Below, piece after piece: positions 54,065 to 62,815 of a stretch of DNA of 64,000 bases (positions are counted from its first letter, which is position 1; every line of letters starts with the position of its first letter). Source of the DNA: an uncultured Myxococcaceae bacterium (GTDB taxonomy: Bacteria > Myxococcota_A > Polyangia > Polyangiales > Ga0077539). Both the position numbers and the translations under genes were made by a program. The notes under the pieces are model-generated. The model did no database searches and was not told where the DNA came from. It was given only the letters and a program-made list of their open reading frames with translations. The DNA is taken from positions 17,450 through 81,449 of the forward strand of contig CAYUSB010000011.1 in the NCBI GenBank assembly GCA_964447205.1. Direction: 5' to 3'.

Positions 54065-54223
54065 AAACCACGGCCAGTTTGGGATTCGTGGTTTTCGCAA
54101 GGAGACGCAAGCGCCGCAAGGAAGGCCGACGAAGGCGGGCTGTATGCCCGGCGAGGAGGGCTGACGCCGCAGCGCGCCGCGGATCTGCGGCGAAAACTAC
54201 GGATCCCGAACTGGACGTGGTTT
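54065..54223. repeat. imperfect 31-bp inverted repeat with 97-bp spacer
   Basis: 54065-54095 versus the reverse complement of 54193-54223 gives 27/31 matches by my alignment. The spacer carries CGCAAGG reiterations like the 28.7-kb element. Confidence 0.65.
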
Positions 54224-54401
54224 AGCCGAGCCCAGGTGCGCGCGTGGTACGGCGTGACGCCCTGTCGGTGCTCGCCAGAACTGGCTCTTCCGCACTCCGT
54301 GTGGAGGTGGCGGCGGTCGTCCCCCGGAGCGGCGGCCGCACACCCGGGTAGCAATCCATCTCGTCAGCGGGCCGCTCGACACACCGCCCACGTGAGCTGC
54401 C

Positions 54402-55076
54402 CTACGCGCCCGCGGCCTCGACGACGGCGAGCATACGCGCGCGCGTCATGCGCTGGTTGTCGAAGCCAAACGGATCGCCGCCCTCACCGCGCAGCGACAC
54501 GTCGCTCTGCGCGGCGAGCCACGCGACGAAGTCATCACGGAGCTCGAAGCTCTGCTCCGGGGGATCGGTCGGATAGCCATCGACGATCGCGGAGTAGACG
54601 TAGCGGCCGTCGAGCCGCACCAGCCCCATGCCGCAGTAGTCCCTGTGGGCGTAGGCGATGTAGCGTCCGCCATCGAGCGCGTCGGCGACGCGCGCGGCGA
54701 GGTCGTGACCGTAGGGCGTGGGGTCGATGGCTTCCCGCTCGCGCGCGACGAGGCGTTGGAGCATCGCGCGTGTGATGAGCTCGATCGTGTCGGTGGTGCC
54801 GGGGCGCACGCGCTTGTCGAGCGACGCGGTGCTCTGCTCGGCGAGCCAGGTCACGAAGGCCTTTCGATCGAGCGAGGAGAACACCACGCGGCGCTTGCCC
54901 TTGAGCACCTCGTAGATGAACGCGCCGTCTCTGTAGATCATCCAGTGGGCGCTCCACCCCTCGTTGACGCGGCCGCCCGCGAAGAGCATGTCGGCCACGC
55001 GCGCCGCGAGCGCGCGGCCGAAGGGGGTTGTGCTGCCGCGTGGCTCGACGGGAGGGGTCTTGTTTCGGGGGCTCAT
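54402..55076 (-). CDS. hypothetical protein made of two tandem ~100-aa homologous modules
   Basis: Internal repeat FGRALAARVADMLFAGG...FVTWLAEQSTASL versus YGHDLAARVADALDGG...FVAWLAAQSDVSL. Confidence 0.6.
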   Translation of the reverse strand: MSPRNKTPPVEPRGSTTPFGRALAARVADMLFAGGRVNEGWSAHWMIYRDGAFIYEVLKGKRRVVFSSLDRKAFVTWLAEQSTASLDKRVRPGTTDTIELITRAMLQRLVAREREAIDPTPYGHDLAARVADALDGGRYIAYAHRDYCGMGLVRLDGRYVYSAIVDGYPTDPPEQSFELRDDFVAWLAAQSDVSLRGEGGDPFGFDNQRMTRARMLAVVEAAGA

Positions 55077-55239
55077 TGGGTGGAGGCGCTCCGGGCGGAT
55101 CTTCGCACATCGTCACGGAGCGGGGCATAGACTCGCGCGGTGAGCGGTCTGCGCGGGGGCCGCGGCGGGGTGGTTGGACTCGGCCAGCGAGCTCTGCGTC
55201 GACCGCAGAGGCCCCGCGCAGCACGGTCGAGGCGTGAGA

Positions 55240-55641
55240 TCGCGTCGTACAATAGGGAATCTGTCAACCCGAAAGAGGGACCGGAGCTCCAGACGGGTGG
55301 CTGCTCGACGCGGCGAACCCGTTGGAGTTCCTTGTATCTTAGGGGGGTCGGGACGCAGCGTGGCAGGCCGGTAGTTCCTGGGTGCTCCACACCGTGGGAT
55401 AGCAATGGTCGCCACGCTGCGGTCTCCGGCGTAGAGCCCGAACAGCTGCCAGAGCCAGAGCTCGTATCGTGCAAGGATGGGCCGAGCCGGAGCCGTTCCC
55501 GACGGGAGGACGGTCATGGAGAAACAGCCTGTTTTCGTCGGGATCGATGTCGCCAAGGGGCACGTCGACGTTGCCCTGCGGCCCTCGGCAGAGCACTGGC
55601 AGAGCCCGACCACCGAGGCGGCCCTACGCCGCGGGCTCTGA
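55240..55641 (+). mobile_element. IS110-family remnant: 5' non-coding end plus first 41 codons of the transposase
   Basis: ORF 55516-55641 gives MEKQPVFVGIDVAKGHVDVALRPSAEHW..., matching the IS110 DEDD transposase N-terminal signature (VGIDV[AS]K). SD GGGAGGA. Homology ends near 55625. The left boundary is estimated from a GC drop. Confidence 0.6.
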
Positions 55642-56553
55642 GGCGCCCCACGAGGCCCCGTCGAGGGCGGCGCTCTCGAGGGTCGCGCCCCGCAGGAGGG
55701 CCCGTCGAGGCGACAACGGGCCGCGGAGACCTCGCGGAGCACCGCCCCGGTCAACTCGGCGCCGGAGAGGTCGGCGTCATGGAGCAGCGCCCCGGAAAGG
55801 TCGGCGTCGCGCAGGTCGAGCCGCACCATCGCCGTTGACGCGGCGGACAACGCGGGCGCTGCGACGGACAGTGCGAGCGGCGGCAGGGCGGGCGCGTGCG
55901 GCTCCGCGGCCGTCGGGGACGCGCTCAGCGTGTCGAGGCGCAGCGTCGCGTTGGCGTCGGACTCGGCCGCGCGGGGCGGTCGTCGCAGCCGCCGTCAGGT
56001 CGTCGAAGGCCCCGAGGTCGAGCGACTGGGTGGCATTGGGGTCGATCTCTTCGAGCAGCGCAGTGTCGAGCTCGACGGGAGCCTCCGGGGAGGGGCCGCC
56101 CGCGAGAATGTCCGCCACCAGGGCGTCGTCGAGGTCGAGCGTGCCTGTGTCGACCCGTCGCGCATCGGGCGCCGCGGGCAACGCAGGCAGCACGAGCCGG
56201 GCGGGCGCGGCGTCCTCATCGGTCATCCACGCTGACAACCTGGGCACCTCGGGCGACGGTGCGTCGACGGGCTGCGGCGCCGCGATTGCCTCCGCCCGCA
56301 CCCCCGCCAGCGAGGCCCCGCACAGCCGCGCCCTGCGCAGGGACACCCCCACGAGCTGCGCGCCCGACAGGTCGACGCCCGACCGGTCGATGCCCGAGAC
56401 GTCGATGTGGGAGAGAACCACCCCGCGGAGGTGCCCCGAGCGTGCGAGGTGGGCGACGACGCCCTCGCGGTGCGTGATGATGGTCTCGTACACAGCGCTG
56501 AAAACCCAGCGCGTCGCGGCGGATGTCAAGCGCCCTGAAGCGCCCCGCCGCAC
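55624..56553 (-). pseudogene. pentapeptide-repeat protein remnant (C-terminal part of a DUF2169/pentapeptide gene; at least 2 frameshifts)
   Basis: Pentapeptide runs appear in three frames: HIDVSGIDRSGVDLSGAQLVGVSLRRARL, then LDLRDADLSGALLHDADLSGAELTGAVL, then ALLRGATLESAALDGAS with stop TAG at 55624. Frame switches near 55970 and 55700. Confidence 0.6.
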
Positions 56554-56583
56554 GCCCCTACCGAACGTGTCGCCGGAGAGGCC

Positions 56584-57317
56584 TCACCCGATTTGCCATC
56601 CGTCCGCAGCCCCTCGCAGGGTCGCCGGACCCACCTTGGCGCTGATGGTCGATCCGTTGGTGATGGTGATGCCCGCGGGGGTGCGCCAGCCCATCGAGAG
56701 GGTGGTGACCTTGGTGGGGATGTACAGTCGCAGGCGGTCGTTGGGCCCGAGGGCGGCGTCGTCGGAGGGCAGGGCGATGTTGAGACGATCGTGGGTGGCG
56801 CGCATTGGGGGGCTCCCGGTCAGCGGGCGTCGTCGTCAAACTCGAGCTCGATGCCCGAGCGCGTGCGGATGCGGTTGCGGGAGACGTCGTCGGGGGCCAC
56901 GATGGGCGACACCGTACGGGGGTTGGGCACGGCCCCGACGATGATGGGGCGGGCGGGGTCGCCGTCGACGAAGGCTACGGTCACCTCGGCCCCGGCGTGC
57001 AGGGGGAAATGAATCCCATGCTCGGGGCCCGACAGGCTTTGGAGCATCCGTACCGGGAGCGAGGGATCGGCCAGGTCGTCCTCGGAGGTGTCGACGCAGA
57101 GCCGGACCCGGTAGCGCCCCTCGGTGTCGATGGGGTCCCGACCGAGCCAGAGGGCCCTGCGATGACCCCGCGGAGTACGCCTGGGATCGTGGGACAGGGG
57201 GGTCACCCGGGCGGGACGAAAGACGTGGGTCGGGTCGCGGTCCCAGGGCACGGCCTCGAAGCGGTTGAAGTAGCTCTCGGGGGATAGGAAGTCCAACGGG
57301 TTCCCCGCGTCGAGCAC
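56584..57317 (-). pseudogene. vgrG remnant (5'-truncated, frameshifted)
   Basis: Segment GRYRVRLCV...VRMLQSLSGPEHGIHFPLHAGAEVTVAFVDGDPARPIIVGAVPNP aligns with the gp5 core of the intact VgrG at 1715..4030. The gp27-like half is missing. The frame breaks at ~56806-56835 before continuing to 56584. Confidence 0.7.
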
Positions 57318-57465
57318 CCACCCGGCTGGGTCACAATGCGACAGACGGCACCGAGGCTAGAGGTTTGTTTGGTGCGGGGGGCGTGGACCGCAGTGTCAGT
57401 ATCATGCGCTGTCCGCGCCGCACGATGTTGCGCGGTGCAGCACCGAAAGGACTCGAAGTCCCCCA

Positions 57466-58533
57466 ATGCGTACCCCTCACGCCTCGTGCTTGTTCGCCCT
57501 CCTCGCGGTGGCCCTTGGATGCTCGTCCGATCCCGAGACGCCCCCCACCGACGCGGGCACCGTCGCCGACACCCCCGCCGCCACCGACACCCCCGGCGGC
57601 TGCGAAGACTTCACCGGCGCCTTCGCGCTCGAAGGCACCTGCAGCGTCGCGGGCTTTCGCCCCTTCCCCGCGGCCTGCGTGGTGCAGACAGGATGCACCG
57701 CCGTCATCAACGTCCAGACCGGCCCCACCACGGGCACGGTGGTGGGCAACCGCTTGACCTTCACCTCCATGGTCTCCGGCATAGGCCTGGAGTGCACCGC
57801 CACCCGCGGCGCAGGCGGCGCCCTCACGGTGCGCTGTGAAGCCGCCGGCGGCATCGCAAGCTGCGACGCCACGGGGACGCCCGTGAGCTTCCCTGGCGCC
57901 ACCCGTTTCTGCTGCAACGCAGGCGCCCAGGACTGCGGCGCGGGCCTTCGCTGCGCCCTCGTCAACAACGGCACCCCCAACGGCGCCGCCGTGACGGCCT
58001 GCACGCCCGCGGGCGACACCGCCGCCGGAGCCGCCTGCACCCGCGCCAACGACCGGCTGGGCGCCGACACCTGCGGATCGGGCCTCCTCTGCGCCAACTT
58101 CGGCAACGCCACGGTGAGCAACCGCACCTGCCAGCGGGCGTGCAGCAGCACGGCGGATTGTACCGGCGGCGCCGCGTGCGTCGTGGGGAGCGACGCGCCC
58201 CGTGCGGGCGTCTGCGTGGCCCCGTGTACGATCCAGGGCACCGACTGCGCGCAGGGATCGTGCCGCTACCTCGGCACCTGGGGCGCCACCGACCCCGCCA
58301 CGGCCCCGGCCATTCTGCGCCCCGCGTGCCTCCCCGATGGCCCTGGCGCCGCGGGGGCTTCGTGTACCTTCGTCAACGACTGCGGCCCGAACCTCGGCTG
58401 CGGCCGCCCCAGCCCCGGCGCTCCCTCGGTGTGCGCCACGACCTGCGACGCCACCCACCCCTGCGCCGAGGGCACCTGCAACGGCGCCATGAGCACCAGC
58501 AACCCCAGCGCCTCGGGCTACTGCTTCCCGTAA
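57466..58533 (+). CDS. Cys-rich lipoprotein, unknown function
   Basis: Signal plus lipobox LLAVALGCSS. More than 30 Cys in repeated C...C.......C patterns. Confidence 0.7.
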   Translation: MRTPHASCLFALLAVALGCSSDPETPPTDAGTVADTPAATDTPGGCEDFTGAFALEGTCSVAGFRPFPAACVVQTGCTAVINVQTGPTTGTVVGNRLTFTSMVSGIGLECTATRGAGGALTVRCEAAGGIASCDATGTPVSFPGATRFCCNAGAQDCGAGLRCALVNNGTPNGAAVTACTPAGDTAAGAACTRANDRLGADTCGSGLLCANFGNATVSNRTCQRACSSTADCTGGAACVVGSDAPRAGVCVAPCTIQGTDCAQGSCRYLGTWGATDPATAPAILRPACLPDGPGAAGASCTFVNDCGPNLGCGRPSPGAPSVCATTCDATHPCAEGTCNGAMSTSNPSASGYCFP

Positions 58534-58873
58534 CCGCGGCACGTTCGTACGCCGAGCCTCGCATCTCCCAGGCTCGGCGCGATCCTCATACACGATTCCT
58601 TTCTCCCCCTCGCTTCGCGTACGCCGGTCGCCAGCCGCGCGCTCTTGTCCGCAGCCCTCGGCGGCCTGCTCTGCCTCTCCGCCGGCTTGGCCCAATCCCA
58701 GCGGGTCAAACAAGCGCCTGCGGTCACGCCGCCCTCGAACGCCGCAGCCAGACAGCCCATGAACTCCTCGGGCCGCATCACCCGATGCGTCTCACCCCGC
58801 CTCCGAACTCCAGGTGCCCCGGGTGTGCTACACCGCGAGGCCCGTTTCTCTCCCTGTTTGCGCGGAGCCCGCG

Positions 58874-59446
58874 ATGCTCGGACTCGTCTCCTCCACCGAC
58901 CCCCGTTGGGTCGACGTAGCCCTCGCCGACCTCGACGCCGTGCTCCTCGACCACCTGCACTGCGAGCTCAAGGCCGCCTCCAACTCCACGGCCCTCGTGG
59001 CCCGGTACCCCATGCACCCGCGCCTCGTGATGGGCCTCACCGCCCTCGCCCGCGAAGAGCTCGAGCACGTCCAGCAGGTCTACGCCGAGATGCAGCGCCG
59101 CGGGGTCGCCGCTCGCCCCCCCGAGGAGGACGTCTACGCCAAATCGCTCCGCCGGGCCCTCGACGACGGCAAGGGGGTGCCCCTCCTCGACCGCCTCGCC
59201 GTGGCCGCCATCATCGAGGCCCGCTCGTGCGAGCGGTTTCAGCTCCTGTCCCGCCACGCGCCCACCGAGGCCCTGCGCGGCTGGTACCACGACCTCTTCG
59301 TGTCCGAGGCCCACCACCATCGCCTCTTCGCCTCCCTGGCCGAGGAGATCTTCGGCGAAGACCGGGCCACCGACCGCATCGCCTTCCTCGCCGCCCGCGA
59401 GGCCGAGATCGTCGCGGCGGGACCCGTGACCCCGAGGGTTCACTGA
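58874..59446 (+). CDS. miaE: tRNA-(ms2io6A)-hydroxylase
   Basis: ATG 58874. Sequence LLDHLHCELKAA...ELEHVQQV...IIEARSCERFQLL...SEAHH (di-iron MiaE signature as I recall it). Confidence 0.75.
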   Translation: MLGLVSSTDPRWVDVALADLDAVLLDHLHCELKAASNSTALVARYPMHPRLVMGLTALAREELEHVQQVYAEMQRRGVAARPPEEDVYAKSLRRALDDGKGVPLLDRLAVAAIIEARSCERFQLLSRHAPTEALRGWYHDLFVSEAHHHRLFASLAEEIFGEDRATDRIAFLAAREAEIVAAGPVTPRVH

Positions 59447-59448
59447 CC

Positions 59449-60555
59449 ATGCGCGGGGACAAGAGAATGGGGTGGGGGGCCTTGTGGGCCGCCCTCGTGC
59501 TCGGGGGCTGCCACGGTCACGCCCAGCCCCGCACCGGGGGAGCCACCCAGTGCGTCCGGGGGCCCCGCGACGTGGCCCTGCGGCTGCAGCATACGGTGGA
59601 GTACCTCGCCGACGACGCCCGCGAAGGCCGCGGGACGGGAACGCCCGGCGACGCCGAGACCGTGGCCTACCTCGTGCGCAACCTCACCGCCCTCGGGCTC
59701 GAACCCGCGGGCGAATCCGGCTTCGAACAGCCCTTCGCCGTGCTCCCCGGCCGCCCCGGACACCACGCCAGCGCCCAACCCCTCACCGACCCGCTGCCCC
59801 CCGGGGCCTTGCGCACGAGCAACGTCCTGGCCCGCATCCCAGGAACGGCCCCCGACGCCGCCACCCGCCCGGTCTTCGTGCTCGGGGCCCACCGCGATCA
59901 CATCGGCCACGGAGGGCCGAGCTCCCGGGCTCCGGGCAGCACGGAGATTCACAACGGGGCCGACGACAACGCCTCGGGCGTGGCCGCCCTCCTGGAGCTC
60001 GCACGGCAGCTCCGGGCCCGACCGGTCGAGCGCACCGTGGTCCTGGTGTGGTTCGGGGCGGAGGAGCTCGGGCTCCTCGGGTCGCGGTTTCTCGTCGAGC
60101 ACCCCTTGCCGGCCACCCAGCAGGTCGGGGCCATGATGAACATGGACATGGTGGGCCGACTCAACGGGTGCCGCCTCTTCGTCGAGGGCTCCGGGCTCGG
60201 GCCCGCGGTGCAGCGGGCCGTCCACACCGCCAACGACAGCTTCCACCTCGACGCCCGCCCGTGGGAATCGTGGCGCGGCTCCTGGGGGGCCTCCGACCAC
60301 ATGAACTTCTCCCGGGTCCGGGTCCCCACCCTCTTCTTCTTCACGGGCCTGCACCCCGACTACCACGCCCCGAGCGACGACCCGCCCACCCTCGACTACC
60401 CCGGCCTCGCCGCCGTGACCCGATTCGCGGAGGCCGTTCTGCGCCAGATGTCGGCCCTCCCCGACGAGGCCCTGCGCTGGCAACGTCGTTCGTCGCGTCG
60501 CGCGGTTGCCTCCAGGGCGGGGAGGTGGCAGCTTCCCGCGCCATTGTCACCATGA
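59449..60555 (+). CDS. M28-family metallopeptidase with signal peptide
   Basis: ATG 59449. Signal WAALVLGGC. Motifs GAHRDH, GADDNASG, FGAEELGLLGS and SDH. Confidence 0.8.
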   Translation: MRGDKRMGWGALWAALVLGGCHGHAQPRTGGATQCVRGPRDVALRLQHTVEYLADDAREGRGTGTPGDAETVAYLVRNLTALGLEPAGESGFEQPFAVLPGRPGHHASAQPLTDPLPPGALRTSNVLARIPGTAPDAATRPVFVLGAHRDHIGHGGPSSRAPGSTEIHNGADDNASGVAALLELARQLRARPVERTVVLVWFGAEELGLLGSRFLVEHPLPATQQVGAMMNMDMVGRLNGCRLFVEGSGLGPAVQRAVHTANDSFHLDARPWESWRGSWGASDHMNFSRVRVPTLFFFTGLHPDYHAPSDDPPTLDYPGLAAVTRFAEAVLRQMSALPDEALRWQRRSSRRAVASRAGRWQLPAPLSP

Positions 60556-61307
60556 CCGCCTATCACGTTGGTTGTGCCGACTTCGCGCGCCCCCGGGCCC
60601 GCTACGTCACGCGCCTGTCCTTTGTGGAGTTCACCCTCCGCAATCCGCTCCCCTCCCCCAAGACCCTCGCCCAGTGGCGTCGCGCGGGCCCCGAGGGCTT
60701 CACCTACGCCCTGGTCGCTCCGCCTTCTCTCTACGGGGCCCCCGACTGGCCCCTGCGCGACCCGGGCCAGCTCCGGGCCGAGCTCGATCGTTTCACCAAC
60801 CTCGTCGACGCCCTCGGGGCCACCGTGGCGGTCTTTCGCACCCCCATGGCCGTCTCCCCCAACAGCGTGGCCCTCAAACGCTTCGAGCCCGTCCTCGAGC
60901 GGGCCGCCCGCGTGGCCACGACCGTCGTGTGGGACCCGGCCGGCCTGTGGCACCGCGAAGAGGCCCTGGCCGTGGCCAAAAAACACGGGGTGGTGGTGGT
61001 GAGCGACCCCCTCCACGACACCCTCGACGACGAGCCCGTGGTCTACGCCCGCCTCCGCGGCCTCGGGGCCGACCGGGCCTACACCATGAGCCGCCTGGAG
61101 GCCGTGGCCGAGTCCCTCGACGGGGCTGCCACGGCCTACGTGGTCTTCGCCTCGGCCAACGCGTGGCGCGAGTCGATCGGGCTGCGTAAGCTCGTCGACC
61201 GCCGCTTCGCCGAGCTCGGAGACCTGGCCGGCGACGAGGAAGACGACGAGCAGGCCGACGACGACGGCGACGACGACGAAGAGGACGACGACGAGGACGA
61301 GGCGTGA
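60552..61307 (+). CDS. DUF72-like protein with poly-acidic C-terminal tail
   Basis: ATGA overlap with the peptidase stop. Sequence FVEFTLRNPLPSPKTLAQWRRAGPEGFTYAL resembles DUF72. Ends DEEDDEQADDDGDDDEEDDDEDEA. Confidence 0.5.
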   Translation: MTAYHVGCADFARPRARYVTRLSFVEFTLRNPLPSPKTLAQWRRAGPEGFTYALVAPPSLYGAPDWPLRDPGQLRAELDRFTNLVDALGATVAVFRTPMAVSPNSVALKRFEPVLERAARVATTVVWDPAGLWHREEALAVAKKHGVVVVSDPLHDTLDDEPVVYARLRGLGADRAYTMSRLEAVAESLDGAATAYVVFASANAWRESIGLRKLVDRRFAELGDLAGDEEDDEQADDDGDDDEEDDDEDEA

Positions 61308-62398
61308 TGGAGCCCTCCGCCCCGACCACCCAGGACCGCCCCGGGCGCAACGCCGTGCGGGCCCGCGATCCGGTCACCGAAGAGGCCGCCCGACGGGCCC
61401 GGGTCGAGGGAGGCAACGCCGTCGACATGGTGCTCGCGGGCCTCCTGGCCGGGGCCACCCGGGCCGGAGAGGCCGCCCTCCTCGGAGGCGGAGGCCTGCT
61501 CGTGGTAGGCCCCGGGGTGGGTCATCACTTCATCGACGGACGGCCGCGGGCCCCGGGGCTTCGGGCCCGTCGCAGGCTGCGCAAACCCGAGGTGGTCCCC
61601 GACCATTGGACGGCCGCCGTGCCGGGCCTCCTGCCCGCGGTGATCGCGGCCCAGACCCGCTTCGGCGAGCTCACCCTGCAACAGCTCGTGCAGGTGAGCG
61701 CCGGGGCCCTGCGCGACGACGGGGCCGACCCGGCCACGCGGGCCCGGATGAAGTTCCTCGATCGGTTCGCGCGGATCGGGGTCGACGCCTTCGCCCGGGA
61801 AGGCATCTGGCGGGCCGTGATGGACGCCGCGGGCCCCGTGGCCGAAGGTCTCTTCACCGACGACGACCTCGTGGCCGTGGCCGCCCCGGTGGTCCCCCTG
61901 CCCGCCTGCACCGACGGCGAACACGAGGCCTTCACCCCCCCCCGCGGCCGCCTGCACGGCCCCCAGTCGCCCGACCCCCTGCCCGAGCACCCCATGGAGG
62001 GGGTGGTGGCCGCCGACATGCACGGGGTGACCGCCGCGGCGTGCTGGTGTGTTCCGCCGACGGCCGCAACCCTGGATACGCCGTATGCCCTGGGGCTCGC
62101 GTCGATCCTCCCGGCGCCACGCAAGGGGGTGGCACGGTACAGCCCCGGGTCGCGCCTCCCCCTCGCCCTCCCCCTGGCCGTCCTGCGCACCGGAGGCCGG
62201 GCCTGGGCGGGGTGCGCCCTGTCGGGCGGAGGGTCGCTCGTGGCCGCCCGCGATCGGGCCGTGGGCGAGCGCCTCGGGGCCGCAGGCATCGGGCTCACCC
62301 TCGGCGACGACCTCGCCGCCGCGGCCCACGGGGTCGCCGCCTGGGTCGTCCGCGACGCAGACGGCGATCGCATCACCACCGCCCTCGCCTCGGTATAG
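61304..62398 (+). CDS. short gamma-glutamyltranspeptidase-like protein (divergent)
   Basis: N-terminal block GGNAVDMVLAGLLA...GGGGLLVV resembles the GGT family. At 364 aa it is much shorter than canonical GGT. Confidence 0.35.
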   Translation: MMEPSAPTTQDRPGRNAVRARDPVTEEAARRARVEGGNAVDMVLAGLLAGATRAGEAALLGGGGLLVVGPGVGHHFIDGRPRAPGLRARRRLRKPEVVPDHWTAAVPGLLPAVIAAQTRFGELTLQQLVQVSAGALRDDGADPATRARMKFLDRFARIGVDAFAREGIWRAVMDAAGPVAEGLFTDDDLVAVAAPVVPLPACTDGEHEAFTPPRGRLHGPQSPDPLPEHPMEGVVAADMHGVTAAACWCVPPTAATLDTPYALGLASILPAPRKGVARYSPGSRLPLALPLAVLRTGGRAWAGCALSGGGSLVAARDRAVGERLGAAGIGLTLGDDLAAAAHGVAAWVVRDADGDRITTALASV

Positions 62399-62403
62399 AG
62401 TAG

Positions 62404-62796
62404 ATGACCCTGACGACCGCCATGACCCGCCCGAAACTCGACGATGGCGCCCCGGTGCGCGTGCTCTTCGTCTGCAGCCGCAACCTGTGGCGCAGCCCGA
62501 CGGCCGAACGCGTGGTGCGCGGCTGGCCCGGGGTCTCCGCGCGCTCGGCGGGGACGGCCCGGGCGGCCAGGGTTCGGGTGAGCGAGCGGGGGCTCGCGTG
62601 GGCCACGGTGGTGATGGTGATGGAGAAGCGCCACCGCGAGCAGCTCGAGGCCCGCTTCGGGCCCCCTCCGTGCCCGGTGATCGTGCTCGACGTGCCCGAC
62701 CAGTGGGAGGCCGACGACCCCGAGCTGGTGGCCCTCCTGGAGCGCCGCATCGCCGAGGAGCTCGCCGCCCTGGCCGAGGCCCGCAAGGCGGTCTGA
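62404..62796 (+). CDS. low-molecular-weight phosphotyrosine phosphatase / ArsC-like family
   Basis: P-loop VLFVCSRNLWRSPTAE (C-x5-R-S). Confidence 0.7.
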   Translation: MTLTTAMTRPKLDDGAPVRVLFVCSRNLWRSPTAERVVRGWPGVSARSAGTARAARVRVSERGLAWATVVMVMEKRHREQLEARFGPPPCPVIVLDVPDQWEADDPELVALLERRIAEELAALAEARKAV

Positions 62797-62815
62797 GGGC
62801 CCCCGGGGGTCGGGG

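Noticed and set aside
53989-54354. 121-aa minus-strand ORF in the 420-bp gap
   Set aside because: It is mostly Arg/Ser/Pro noise and spans the 54065/54193 inverted repeat. Only the last ~25 aa look protein-like, possibly a gene remnant.
55113-55850. ORFs 55113..55850 (-) and 55140..55838 (+) across the IS110 stump
   Set aside because: Only the first ~55 aa of the minus ORF (the pentapeptide repeats) look real. The rest runs antisense through the IS remnant with nonsense composition.
58645-59448. Upstream 268 aa of the 636-aa ORF 58645..60555
   Set aside because: It overlaps miaE in another frame with Arg/Pro-rich sequence. The M28 peptidase begins at ATG 59449 with its own signal peptide.
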